Positions 30,201-39,392 of a stretch of 64,000 nt of DNA are shown here, piece after piece. Position numbers and translations under genes: made by a program. Source of the stretch: an uncultured virus (IMG/VR IMGVR_UViG_3300025889_017362) (Duplodnaviria > Heunggongvirae > Uroviricota > Caudoviricetes); the IMG/VR virus record IMGVR_UViG_3300025889_017362; one strand, 5' to 3'. Position 1 is the stretch's first letter; each line of letters begins with the position of its first letter. Under the pieces are notes generated by a model that saw nothing but the letters and a program-made list of their open reading frames with translations, ran no database searches and was not told the origin of the DNA.

Positions 30201-30693
30201 TTTGATTTCACCAACTGCCACACCAATATCGAGCAATGTGTTATCTATAATAAAGGGTAGTGTAAGACTACTAACAAAAGGTAGGTCATTCAAAACAGAC
30301 CAACCAAGTTTGAGGTTTGAGTTTCCAACATCTGCTGACGGCACAAACTTGTTTGAAGCTACAGTAGGAAACATCTCTCAAGGTAAGGGTCGTTTGATAA
30401 AAGATAAAGACTCTAACTTTACAACCACATTAGAAACACCAGAGGTAGAGTTTGAATTACAGTTAGCAGATGTTGTAAGGTCTTTGACCGCCATAAACAC
30501 AAATAGGTCAGTTGACCAAAATATGGTCAATGATACAGTTTCTGGCTCTTTGGGTATAGTGCCTATAAGAATAATAAACCTCTTTAACAACGATACACAA
30601 ATAGTAAGAGTTGCTATTAATAGTGACTCTACGAAAGATGAAAACTTCATCAGAGAAATAGAAAATCAAGGTGGAGAAAAAGTTACTTCATAA
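27250..30693 (+). CDS. Baseplate wedge protein (gp7/tail-protein-I-like) with LamG-like insertion
   Basis: EIWNRILNN..HLLKTKGTRETLEAI..YG; FTIEMRV and FIGYIHQVRRWN LamG-like strands; QQFLPAKT...GVYIES..FERSK. Confidence 0.7.
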   Translation: MADGFTFDSLVSSLSGLGTASGNLIDLSITGAKSRVLPLVDYDDYSQHIFFGNALRRFLTCRKEIIDKYPIGLSGLSASDVLLDANVGPKAIFEVDKFRKEADGFTTYILDRLGVTGSSSGNTNANPNNTVIAVNENGENVPLIAVYRNTLNSITGSQTGMIESLSARAVLYEEEETNVIDKTAGTGTEIIGTSTGAFRSEIHYPATASETITRAEKLENLLPEALFAGDDQDVLARLLAGFGDELDEIKAFANQIPYAKHIDYGNTNRVPNKFIPTFLRQFGVNVFENARRSSFEKSLVNSSSGGYTTQSVNYEIWNRILNNVMHLLKTKGTRETLEAIGRIYGVDSNFLKTNEYSVFYRPTEVREIEEVDTPVLFATGSTYVQTTAAATGSARVFDIPANNNFTIEMRVSATGANLSSSGYTLLVHPLYSIEMNASGQVAFKSTVTGSLSAQTDLTSLSSFVRGSGSADNFLNVAVSRSGDTLSVYAMALSASPTGGNDIVIMDKAITSNDGGGSAISKANFDSSGGVGAAMSIGGASYSQFPSYFPGSGSTRFIGYIHQVRRWNVALKDEDIKQHTRNFESVSFQSSTGVDIVNSVDNKATYGSLSAHYKLKENMVLTGDFNFIVDSTTASNTAIPVGFEAIPDKKRYRVFQNMKKINRYYPVGFSADNDRIRQDDPSDAIRDTGYISFSMNPMNAVNRGIKNYVHNVSPAELLGDAEDLFAKTYEGAFKEEWHNITSQWGLAPEPSLTGDALINEVIKSGGSVLGTGISGTSGNTSSLVDLNTFIKAMGNFNDTFGGLFPFVQQFLPAKTSIIGQGVYIESPMFERSKMRRQFGLRESSSTGYVGAPTTSGNLGHISDDEGRESFNQTPSVVELSVTGFTINNHHNSGNVSTVGSNSANDATLIASAASTATFQGFQYRDGVQDFFDSTVTATRVLPNVSVESSTNAPRFSSTRVGRILPIRVKPAAGAVSVVDVTLDKVLISPTATPISSNVLSIIKGSVRLLTKGRSFKTDQPSLRFEFPTSADGTNLFEATVGNISQGKGRLIKDKDSNFTTTLETPEVEFELQLADVVRSLTAINTNRSVDQNMVNDTVSGSLGIVPIRIINLFNNDTQIVRVAINSDSTKDENFIREIENQGGEKVTS

Positions 30694-30705
30694 GGAGTTG
30701 ATAAA

Positions 30706-31212
30706 ATGAGTTACGATTACAAGTTTATTTCAAGCCTAAAACAACTTAGCCAAGAAAAGATTGATGAGCTTGAAAAGGTTTTGATAGAGAATGCAAAAGA
30801 CACTAAGAAGGCATTTGAGGTTGGTACTTATGCTGGCTATGTTAGTCTTTTGTTAGCTGGCCATACTGGCTCACTTACAACAGTTGACTACGACCAGTTT
30901 GTAAGTCCAAACATTGATGACCATAAGAAACTAAACTCTATGCACTTCATTGATAGATATACAGGCTCAGATTTGGTAGAGTTATTTGATAAACACTTTG
31001 ATAACTCTTATGACCTACTTTACATACAAAGAGATATTGACGCATACATCATTGTTGATAGAGCCAAAAAAGTAATAACAAAAGAGGTGGTTGTTATTTC
31101 TTATGAAGATGATACCTTTAAGATAGAAAAAATAAAGCCTGTTAAAAAAATAACCAAAAAAACAACGAAGACACCCAAAGCAACGACTACTACTGAAACA
31201 GCGGCGGTCTAA
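30706..31212 (+). CDS. Class I SAM-dependent methyltransferase-like protein with Lys/Thr-rich tail
   Basis: FEVGTYAGYVSLLLA, LTTVD, YDLLYIQ; C-terminal KKITKKTTKTPKATTTT. Confidence 0.55.
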   Translation: MSYDYKFISSLKQLSQEKIDELEKVLIENAKDTKKAFEVGTYAGYVSLLLAGHTGSLTTVDYDQFVSPNIDDHKKLNSMHFIDRYTGSDLVELFDKHFDNSYDLLYIQRDIDAYIIVDRAKKVITKEVVVISYEDDTFKIEKIKPVKKITKKTTKTPKATTTTETAAV

Positions 31213-31227
31213 ACTTATTTCGGTGTT

Positions 31228-31235
31228 ATATTTAT
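31228..31235 (+). promoter_or_regulatory. Candidate late promoter upstream of fibre/collar cluster
   Basis: ATATTTAT in the intergenic gap 45 nt before ATG 31280. Confidence 0.5.
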
Positions 31236-31279
31236 TTTGACCAAAACTTGTATTAATATAAAATAAAAAGGAAATTATT

Positions 31280-31852
31280 ATGGCCTTTCTTGATTCCACA
31301 ACCGCCGTCATAGATGCTATTCTCACCAGAAAGGGTAGAGAGTTGTTAGCTAAGAATGATGGGTCTTTTCAGATTACTAAATTTGCTTTTGGTGATGACG
31401 AGATAAACTATCAACTTTATGATGCCACAAAAGCAACAGACCAAGATTCAGACATACTCAATCTTCCTGTTTTGGAGCCTGTTTCTAATGAAAATGTAGC
31501 ATTACTTTATAGGTTAGTTACATTGCCAGAAGGCACATTGAAAATCTCAACTCTAAAAGTAACACCTACGACTGGCACAGTAGATTACGGGGATGACTTA
31601 CAAGTTACTGTAGTAACAGAAAATGGTACTGACTCCCAAGGATATGCCGCTACATCAAGAGACTTAGACATTGCTCGTTTAGAAAATACTACTGCCATAC
31701 CCGATGATAATGGTGTCGGCACCTTTACTATCAAAACAGGAGCAAACGCTGGTGGTAAGGATGGTAGCACTATTATTGATATCACTGGTATCAATACGGG
31801 AGCAAGAAAAGAAGTAACCATTAATGTTAGTGCCTCTGGCGCTATTACTTAG
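31280..31852 (+). CDS. Tail structural protein (tail-collar-fibre N-terminal-like motif plus Ig-like domain)
   Basis: IDAILTRKGRELLA...ITKFAFGDDEINY; beta-rich C-terminal half. Confidence 0.65.
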   Translation: MAFLDSTTAVIDAILTRKGRELLAKNDGSFQITKFAFGDDEINYQLYDATKATDQDSDILNLPVLEPVSNENVALLYRLVTLPEGTLKISTLKVTPTTGTVDYGDDLQVTVVTENGTDSQGYAATSRDLDIARLENTTAIPDDNGVGTFTIKTGANAGGKDGSTIIDITGINTGARKEVTINVSASGAIT

Positions 31853-31862
31853 GGAATAAAAA

Positions 31863-32738
31863 ATGTCTTTAACAGAATTTGATTTGGATAGAGATGTTAC
31901 AACTGCTGGTGTTGTATCAAAAACAAACTATCAAATAACATCAGCTACAGCTGCTAGTGAAAGAAGTCTAAACTCATTTGTTGCAGAGTCAACATCAACT
32001 GGTTTTTTGGTTAATGCAAAAGGTACAATAACAAGCACTCCTCTTTCATCGGCTTTTAGAGCTATATCTAATTATTACTTCTCATCATCAGCTGCGAATG
32101 TTGTGCCTGTAGCACAAAACAATGTTTCTACTACTGGTATTGTGAGAGTGATAACGGTTGGCAGAACAACAACGGATGATGCTATTCTATCTGGTAGTGT
32201 TACTGCTAAGTTTAGTTTTGGTACAGTTGGTGACCGTATTATTATTGACCAACCAGAGCAGTCTATTTCTGGTAGTATTGGTAGAAAGGGTGACTTGGTA
32301 GAGAAGTCTGAGCCTACAAATATTGTTGGTACTGTTTTTTACGATACAGGTACTATGGTGTTTCATGGTGGTGATAGCACACGCAACACAAACTTTCTAA
32401 TAGACTCTTCTTCTGGTTTTGTCTTTGGCACAGGTGCAACTGCTGGTACGGTGGCTGTTAATGAGGTTAGTTTTGTAAGTCTAAACCTAATAAAAAGAAG
32501 TCTTTTCTTTACAAGAGCTTTCAACAAAGAGTTTAACTACACTAATAATCCAACAGCTATTCAAGATGCGGCGTTAGGCACACTATCATCAAACCTAACT
32601 GGCCACCCAACATCTTTTATTACCACTGTTGGTCTTTATAATGGAGACAATGAGCTTATGGCTGTGGCAAAGGTTTCGCCGCCAGTAAAGAAGGACTTTA
32701 GCACAGAGAAAACATTTTCTATTAGACTTCAATACTAA
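31863..32738 (+). CDS. Baseplate/tail-fibre attachment structural protein, paralog 1
   Basis: VGTVFYDTG; EFNYTNNPT; FITTVGLYNGDNELMAVAKVSPPVKK...IRLQY. Confidence 0.7.
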   Translation: MSLTEFDLDRDVTTAGVVSKTNYQITSATAASERSLNSFVAESTSTGFLVNAKGTITSTPLSSAFRAISNYYFSSSAANVVPVAQNNVSTTGIVRVITVGRTTTDDAILSGSVTAKFSFGTVGDRIIIDQPEQSISGSIGRKGDLVEKSEPTNIVGTVFYDTGTMVFHGGDSTRNTNFLIDSSSGFVFGTGATAGTVAVNEVSFVSLNLIKRSLFFTRAFNKEFNYTNNPTAIQDAALGTLSSNLTGHPTSFITTVGLYNGDNELMAVAKVSPPVKKDFSTEKTFSIRLQY

Positions 32739-32746
32739 AAGATGCC

Positions 32747-35125
32747 ATGTATAAAGCATTCAATGAAAATGAAATACAGCCGTTTCCATCAAACGAGAAA
32801 ACGTCTATCTCTATTAGTGAGGATAGCCCATGTGCCTCTCATGTACATGTATTTACAGGAATACGCTCATTAGGTAAAATAACTTTTTTTGACTTTGGTG
32901 ATAATCCAGCATTCAATACTGCAAGAAACAAAGAGATACAGTATAGTTGGACTTTTGATAATGTTGTGTTGCCTGGCCAAACATCTCTTACTGCTCGGTT
33001 GGTAGATGGCTCTTTTATTAGTAGTGCTGACCAACGATTTGTGAGCGCTACTAATCCTAACTCTGTAGAATCACATCAAGACATCTTTCGTTTTGACCAA
33101 GGTTATCTTTACAGAAATGATATTGATTTACTTGAAGGCGCACAATCAACATCAGCATTAGAGAGTTCTGCATCTGCTGGATACAATACTTCTGTAACAA
33201 GACAAATAAACATAAGAAAAGATTTGTTTAGATCCTCTGTTGATGAAAGTAGTTTTCGTTTAGAGCTAAATAACTCTAACACAAGTATAACTGCAGCTAT
33301 TGACGGAGCATCATCTAATGTAGGATACACATCAATAGCCTCTGGTATCTTCGGGCCAGAGACACCGAATGTTTCTGGTTATGCCACAGCCCTTGATATA
33401 AAAAACCCGTTTGGTGGAGTTGAAGGTACATCTAAAAAGTCATTTTTTGGTGTGGGTGTTTCCAGCGCGCTGGGTAATGTTTTTGATGTTAGGAACGGTC
33501 AAGGATATACTGCAGGAAATAACTTAGATACAATAAAAAATGCTTGTACTATAGAGGCCATTATTAGGCCTTATAGGACAAACTCTACAATATACTTTAG
33601 AAGATTAGCCAGTAGTCAAACAGAGTTGACCAAAAACAACTTTATGAAGTTAGAGTTGACTCAATCACCCGATGGACGATTTCCAGCGTTTAGATTTTCT
33701 ATTAGAAGTGCAACTGCTGCCGACCAGTTTGTAGCAGATTTTGCACAAGAGAATGTCCAAACATCTGGCTTATTTATACCAAATGATGTGGGTATAAACA
33801 TTTTTGATGGGTCTTTCCATCACATAGTCGTTACATGGGATGTTTTAGAAGTAAATGATAACACCTCTGCTCCAAGACAAGCCCCCGAAAGAGGCGCTGG
33901 TATTGTAATGGGGTATATAAATGGATTCAAATTACAAAATAAAGAGCAGGTCTTTCCAAGACTTGCTGGGTCTGATGGATCTGGTGGGCCAACCGTACAA
34001 TCAAATATGGTTGAGAATAGAATACCAATAAAAACAACACCATTACATGCGGCCAGTGTTGTAGATCCTGGCCCTTCTGGTAATAATGTATACATAGGAG
34101 CGTCAAACTTTAACAGAAATGATGGTGATAGAAAAGGTGATTATGGTGAGTTAGCCTCAGCATTTGATGCTAGACTTGATGGTTTGTATGATGGACAAAT
34201 ACAACACCTAAGAATATGGAATCAGAGGTTGGTTGACGGAACAACTGGCTTCAATACAAATGTAAATCAGTTGATAACAACCGCCCCATCAAACACATTT
34301 TCTGGTAGTGGGGCTTTAGCTCTTAGTTTTACTAACTTTAAACACTCCACACTTACCAGTACATCAGCTGCACAAATAGCTTCTTGGTGGTATTTCAACA
34401 CCTTGAATAGTATAACTGCTGCAGATATTGCGGGTGGTCTTACTGGTGGCGACTACAATCAAGAAGTACTTGGCGATCTTGGAAACTTATCTTCCAACAC
34501 AGGCACAACGGTTGGTAATGCTTGTACTAAACTATATGATGCAAGAGACATAACATTGGGAGTAAGTGGAAACACTGTAACAGATGTCCAAATGGTTGAC
34601 GTACCAAGAAACTTGTTATACATAGACCAACCAACAACAATAAGACCAATAAACAATAGACTAGCTCAAGGAAGGTTGGTAAGAAATGCTGTTGACGGCA
34701 CTTCACACAGAGTTGGTCTTGTATTTTATGACTTAGGTTTAGCAACAATGGATGGTGATGACCCAAATGTAAGAATGCAGTATACTTACCCAGCCTCCGG
34801 TACTACAGGAGATTTTGGTTTTTCTGTAACAGGCCACAACAATACATCTATAAACCTTGAGAGAATGGTGTTTAGCTCAAATACTTTCAGAGGTCGTTTG
34901 ATGTTAGATGCAACGGCTTCTGGTGATGAAATGAATTTTGCAGGTAATGCCACTGGATACAATGATGATAATGGCGAGCCAGTATTTGATGTGCCGACAA
35001 CATACATAACAACCGTAGGTCTATATAACCACCAGAATGATTTGTTGGCTATTGCTAAACTGGCACAACCTGTGAAGAAGGATGATACAATAAATCTAAC
35101 GACACAAGTAAAACTTGACTTTTAG
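32747..35125 (+). CDS. Baseplate/tail-fibre structural protein, paralog 2, with LamG-like insertion
   Basis: TIEAIIRP, FHHIVVTWD, YDGQIQHLRIWN (LamG-like); VGLVFYDLG; YITTVGLYNHQNDLLAIAKLAQPVKK...VKLDF. Confidence 0.7.
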   Translation: MYKAFNENEIQPFPSNEKTSISISEDSPCASHVHVFTGIRSLGKITFFDFGDNPAFNTARNKEIQYSWTFDNVVLPGQTSLTARLVDGSFISSADQRFVSATNPNSVESHQDIFRFDQGYLYRNDIDLLEGAQSTSALESSASAGYNTSVTRQINIRKDLFRSSVDESSFRLELNNSNTSITAAIDGASSNVGYTSIASGIFGPETPNVSGYATALDIKNPFGGVEGTSKKSFFGVGVSSALGNVFDVRNGQGYTAGNNLDTIKNACTIEAIIRPYRTNSTIYFRRLASSQTELTKNNFMKLELTQSPDGRFPAFRFSIRSATAADQFVADFAQENVQTSGLFIPNDVGINIFDGSFHHIVVTWDVLEVNDNTSAPRQAPERGAGIVMGYINGFKLQNKEQVFPRLAGSDGSGGPTVQSNMVENRIPIKTTPLHAASVVDPGPSGNNVYIGASNFNRNDGDRKGDYGELASAFDARLDGLYDGQIQHLRIWNQRLVDGTTGFNTNVNQLITTAPSNTFSGSGALALSFTNFKHSTLTSTSAAQIASWWYFNTLNSITAADIAGGLTGGDYNQEVLGDLGNLSSNTGTTVGNACTKLYDARDITLGVSGNTVTDVQMVDVPRNLLYIDQPTTIRPINNRLAQGRLVRNAVDGTSHRVGLVFYDLGLATMDGDDPNVRMQYTYPASGTTGDFGFSVTGHNNTSINLERMVFSSNTFRGRLMLDATASGDEMNFAGNATGYNDDNGEPVFDVPTTYITTVGLYNHQNDLLAIAKLAQPVKKDDTINLTTQVKLDF

Positions 35126-35134
35126 GAATAAGAA

Positions 35135-36109
35135 ATGCACTTAGAGTTAGAACAACAATTTTTGAATGGGTCACTAACTGGAGGGCCAAGAACTCCTGTC
35201 GCTGTGCATCCAATGATAGAAAATGCTTATGTGTCTGTTTTGCCAATGGATCAGTTTATAAACAATTGGGAAACAACTAATGTTAAAACTATCAGTGGCA
35301 TGAATAATGCAACACCTGGCAGTAGTGACCACATTTTTGGTCACGATAATGCTTTATCAGCTTTTACTGCAAGTGTAACAGGCTCATCATCATCTTTATT
35401 CTTTGTTGTTGGTAGTTTGTTGAAACAAAGAGGTTTCATGGACACACTAACAGGCACCACAACCGCTGCGCTGTCCTCTCAAACGGATGCTAGAGACATT
35501 GGCGCCTTTACCATAAGGAAACGCTTGTATGACCTTTGCATAGAGCCAGGCACTCTTACGGCCACTGTAACGGGAAGTACCTTTGGTGCAGAAGATATGG
35601 CCGGAGACTACATAGACTCTGGTTCCGGTGCATTTGTTAGAAAGTCAGACAATGTTTCTATTGGTGTTTCTTTACCCGATGATGGAATGTTTGTAGTTAC
35701 TGCATCAAACTTGAGAGAAGTTGCAACATCTATAACTTCGGTAAAATATAGGACAAAAGTTTTAAACACCACCGTGAATGTTTTCTGTAAATGTGCACCG
35801 AGTGATATGAATCATACATTTAACCCAACCATCTACATGCAAAACTCAATAAGTAGTGATACTGTAGCTGCGGGAGAAATAAGACAATCATACAACAACA
35901 TTCTTATACACTCAACCATAACAGCAAACACAAATCAAGCAAAGATACTATCAGACTTAGTTTCGTCTGCCACAGATTTTTCACCATACATTACATCTGT
36001 GGGATTATATAACGACAACTATGATTTACTAGCTGTTGCTAAGCTAACTAAACCAATGAAAAAACCAACTGATTTACCACTAACATTTAAGGTAAGTATA
36101 GATGTTTAA
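35135..36109 (+). CDS. Baseplate/tail-fibre structural protein, paralog 3
   Basis: MNHTFNPT; PYITSVGLYNDNYDLLAVAKLTKPMKK...VSIDV. Confidence 0.7.
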   Translation: MHLELEQQFLNGSLTGGPRTPVAVHPMIENAYVSVLPMDQFINNWETTNVKTISGMNNATPGSSDHIFGHDNALSAFTASVTGSSSSLFFVVGSLLKQRGFMDTLTGTTTAALSSQTDARDIGAFTIRKRLYDLCIEPGTLTATVTGSTFGAEDMAGDYIDSGSGAFVRKSDNVSIGVSLPDDGMFVVTASNLREVATSITSVKYRTKVLNTTVNVFCKCAPSDMNHTFNPTIYMQNSISSDTVAAGEIRQSYNNILIHSTITANTNQAKILSDLVSSATDFSPYITSVGLYNDNYDLLAVAKLTKPMKKPTDLPLTFKVSIDV

Positions 36110-37844
36110 AATAATAAGAGCAGCTGCCTCTGGCTTCTACCAATCAATAGATGCAAGACTTATTGCAGACCCAGAAACTTTGGATTTGTTGGATAGTCCT
36201 ACAAGAAACATACCTAATGTTGAGCAAACGGGCCTCAATGCAGACGGGCACCTAACAGGGTCTGCACAATGTTTAGAGTTTGATGGTGTGGATGATTTTG
36301 TTTTTCTACCAACTGTAGAGGGTCTTGGTACAGAAATACTTTTGGATAATATAGGTAAAAATGCTCCATCACATGGCTCAACGGCCAATAACATTGCCTT
36401 TGAGGCGTGGATAAAAATAGATGCTGCACTTACAGCGAATAGTGAAAACAGTGAAGTTTATGAAGTAACAATACAAAGAAATACCGTATCATCTACAACG
36501 GGTTTTGATGGTGTCTATGTAGTTAGGACAATAAACACAGCTTCCGCTTTTGATTCTGATGTTGCAACAAAACAAGGGACATCATCGGCACAATTTCTAA
36601 ACTTTATGTTTGCCACTGGCGGAGACTTTGCGTATTCAGTTACTTCTGCATGTAACATACCTTTTGATACTTGGACACATATTTGGTGTGAGCATACAGT
36701 ATCAGGCGCAGACCAAAACCCTTTCTTTACACCTTCACCAAAACACGTTTTCAAAATATACATCAACGGAGATTTGAATAAATATCAAACTGGTGATGAT
36801 TGTATGGATCTTGCTAAAGATACAGACCCTTATCCAACAACTGCAAATGCCTTGACTTTTGGTTTTGATAGATCCATAAGTTTTGACGGCAAGATTGATG
36901 AAATGAGATTGTGGTTAAATTCTGGCACTACAGACTCAATTAAGGGTATCGGTAGTAGAGATAACATTGGTCTTATACCAGAGCAGTTTAGTAGTCAAAC
37001 AGAAACTATAGATGTACAAAATCAGTTTGCTCCTAGTGCTGAGTATTTAGCTGCTTGGTGGAGGTTTGAGACAATATCTGCTACTGACTTATTTGCAAAC
37101 GTAGCTGATAGTATTACAGATACATCAGAGTATCAACACAATGGCACACCCCAAAACTTTGTTGGGTCAGTTGACTTCTCAGAGGAAAGAACTATTGTGC
37201 AGGGTGACTTAATAACGGCCAACTCTGCTGATGTGCATTTCTTCTCACTAAGTGGTGGAGTGTATGACCACGGAGGTTTGTTGGTCATAAATGACGAACA
37301 AGATGAGTTGTTGGTTGAAGAGGCAGTAGAAAACTTAGTAACTTCTGGTAGTGTATTTTGGACAGCTCAAGGTAGTGCAAGTGTTGCTTTAGATGAACTA
37401 AACATTTTTTATGGCTCATCAGCTTATACTATTAATACTGCACAGGCAGGTGAGGGAGCTTTGTATGTTATAGACTATAGTCACCTATTGTTTGACAGAA
37501 ATGACTATACATTATCATTGAGAGGATTGCTTACCTCTGGATCATCTTCTGCAAGAGTGACTTTTACTTTAGGTGATTATGGAAACTCTGCTGCAACTAC
37601 TGCTGTTTTTGATACAACCGATTGGACACCTATTGTTTTAAGAAATAGTGTTTGTGCAAATGTTGATGAATCAACAATAACTGGTAGTGTAAGAGTAGAA
37701 CAGTTACACAATGGAGGCACTGATAATGGGTCTCTATTTAGAATTGATGGACTAATGTTGCAAGAGGGTGATTATTATTCAACTTTTGTTGGGCCAGACC
37801 AAATTAGAAAAGGTGGTCAATTATCTTGGAATACGGTAGACTAA
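36102..37844 (+). CDS. LamG/concanavalin-A-like plus carbohydrate-binding-module-like tail protein (putative receptor binding)
   Basis: LEFDGVDDFV, FEAWIK, WTHI, IYINGDL, FDGKIDEMRLW, AWWRF; C-terminal ENLV...IDGLMLQEG CBM-like. Confidence 0.7.
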   Translation: MFKIIRAAASGFYQSIDARLIADPETLDLLDSPTRNIPNVEQTGLNADGHLTGSAQCLEFDGVDDFVFLPTVEGLGTEILLDNIGKNAPSHGSTANNIAFEAWIKIDAALTANSENSEVYEVTIQRNTVSSTTGFDGVYVVRTINTASAFDSDVATKQGTSSAQFLNFMFATGGDFAYSVTSACNIPFDTWTHIWCEHTVSGADQNPFFTPSPKHVFKIYINGDLNKYQTGDDCMDLAKDTDPYPTTANALTFGFDRSISFDGKIDEMRLWLNSGTTDSIKGIGSRDNIGLIPEQFSSQTETIDVQNQFAPSAEYLAAWWRFETISATDLFANVADSITDTSEYQHNGTPQNFVGSVDFSEERTIVQGDLITANSADVHFFSLSGGVYDHGGLLVINDEQDELLVEEAVENLVTSGSVFWTAQGSASVALDELNIFYGSSAYTINTAQAGEGALYVIDYSHLLFDRNDYTLSLRGLLTSGSSSARVTFTLGDYGNSAATTAVFDTTDWTPIVLRNSVCANVDESTITGSVRVEQLHNGGTDNGSLFRIDGLMLQEGDYYSTFVGPDQIRKGGQLSWNTVD

Positions 37845-37845
37845 A

Positions 37846-39270
37846 ATGCAAACAGAAAATGTAACTATAGAACATTCATTAGAGTTTAAAAGCAATAAGG
37901 GCAACTTTGATAAACAACCCGTTTTCTTTTTGGGTCAAGACCAAGGACTAACAGGCAATAGGTTTATTTCTGTATATAGAATAAGAAGGTCTACTGAAGA
38001 AGATGCAAGTATCACTGCTGTTGGGTCTGATAATGCTGCATTAGTTGGTATAACAATAGGGTCTGATAATGGTATAACATCAGTAACAGGTACAACTAGA
38101 CTAAGGTCTCAAAGTCTTACATCTGGTGATAGGGGCCTGAGCGCTGATTGGGGTTTACCTGCAGGTGGCTCGGCCAATCTTACAAACCTATCAACAACAT
38201 CAACAGAGTATAGATATCCTTATCAAATAAGTTTCACTAAAACAGGAAACAAGGCCGATGTTGTTTTATTTGATACAACATCAGATAGTTATAGTCGTGC
38301 GACTACCATAGAAAACGTACCAGACTTAGGCAACCTTACTATCTTAGGTACAGGCATAAGACCAAAAGGTAGAAGTATAGTAGGTGATACAACTCCAAAT
38401 GGAAAAGTTGGTAAGGCAGAAGTGCTCACCTATCTTTATAACAAGATGGAACAACAGCAAGTATGGACAGCCAGTGGTCTTACAGGTGTTTTTGATACTT
38501 CATACAATGGTTTGTCTGCCTCATTAGAGGGAAAGGCTGCTGGTCATGGTTTAACAAGTGTAGAGCCAGGCGGTTCTGGTAGTGGTACTGTTACAGGTTG
38601 GACTGTTGGGCCTATTGAGGGTGGCTTTAGATTGGATAATGGTGGATACATAAAGTCTCGTATAAGTAATTTGTTTAATGCCAGAAACCATGTTACAACT
38701 GGTATGACCATGATGACTTATGTAAGACTTCACTCAACAGCAACATCTCAATCAGTTATGCACATAGGGGAAGGTAGTACTACTGCATTTGAAGTAAAGT
38801 TTGAAAATGGAAACTTAGTTTTTACTAATGGCCATTCATCTATTTCTGCAGGGTCTATAACTTCTACATCTAATAACATGGCTGGTGGAAGAACATTTCA
38901 TCTAAATAGATGGTATCACATTGCTGCAAAGATAACAGCCACAGGTGCATCTTCTGGTATGTCTTTATATGTAAATGGCGAGAAGTCAGTACTGGCACGC
39001 GCTGATGTTACTGATAGTGTTAGTGCAACTGTCTCTGGAGGTAGTTTTCAAAATGCTCTTGCTACTTCTGCTAATCTAATAGCTATGGAGTCACCAACTA
39101 ATCCAAATCTTAAAATAGGATCTGATAGTAATGATCTAGGTGCTAGAGTAGCACATGATGTAGCTCTTACTAGAATCTTTACTAGACCTTTAACTGACTC
39201 AGAAGTATTTTCTAATCATATAGCTACTATACCTAGTAATACTGTTATTAATAAGATTATAACAGGCTAG
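37846..39270 (+). CDS. LamG-domain tail fibre / receptor-binding protein
   Basis: MTMMTYVR, NRWYHIAA, LYVNG, LKIG, RIFTRPLTDSEV. Confidence 0.7.
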   Translation: MQTENVTIEHSLEFKSNKGNFDKQPVFFLGQDQGLTGNRFISVYRIRRSTEEDASITAVGSDNAALVGITIGSDNGITSVTGTTRLRSQSLTSGDRGLSADWGLPAGGSANLTNLSTTSTEYRYPYQISFTKTGNKADVVLFDTTSDSYSRATTIENVPDLGNLTILGTGIRPKGRSIVGDTTPNGKVGKAEVLTYLYNKMEQQQVWTASGLTGVFDTSYNGLSASLEGKAAGHGLTSVEPGGSGSGTVTGWTVGPIEGGFRLDNGGYIKSRISNLFNARNHVTTGMTMMTYVRLHSTATSQSVMHIGEGSTTAFEVKFENGNLVFTNGHSSISAGSITSTSNNMAGGRTFHLNRWYHIAAKITATGASSGMSLYVNGEKSVLARADVTDSVSATVSGGSFQNALATSANLIAMESPTNPNLKIGSDSNDLGARVAHDVALTRIFTRPLTDSEVFSNHIATIPSNTVINKIITG

Positions 39271-39392
39271 TATAATTATAATACTTATTACTATTTTTTA
39301 TATAGTACTTATTATATAATGCTTTTCTTTTTTATTTTTGATAGGCTAGGCTAGGCAGTTATTATTAACAAAAAGTGCCAGAGAATTAAACT

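Noticed and set aside
5682..39270. Extracellular contractile injection system or tailocin in a bacterial chromosome
   Set aside because: No head genes are in the window, but the gp55-like sigma, thyX, dense small phage-type ORFs, single-strand packing and absence of housekeeping genes or an Afp15-type ATPase favour a large phage
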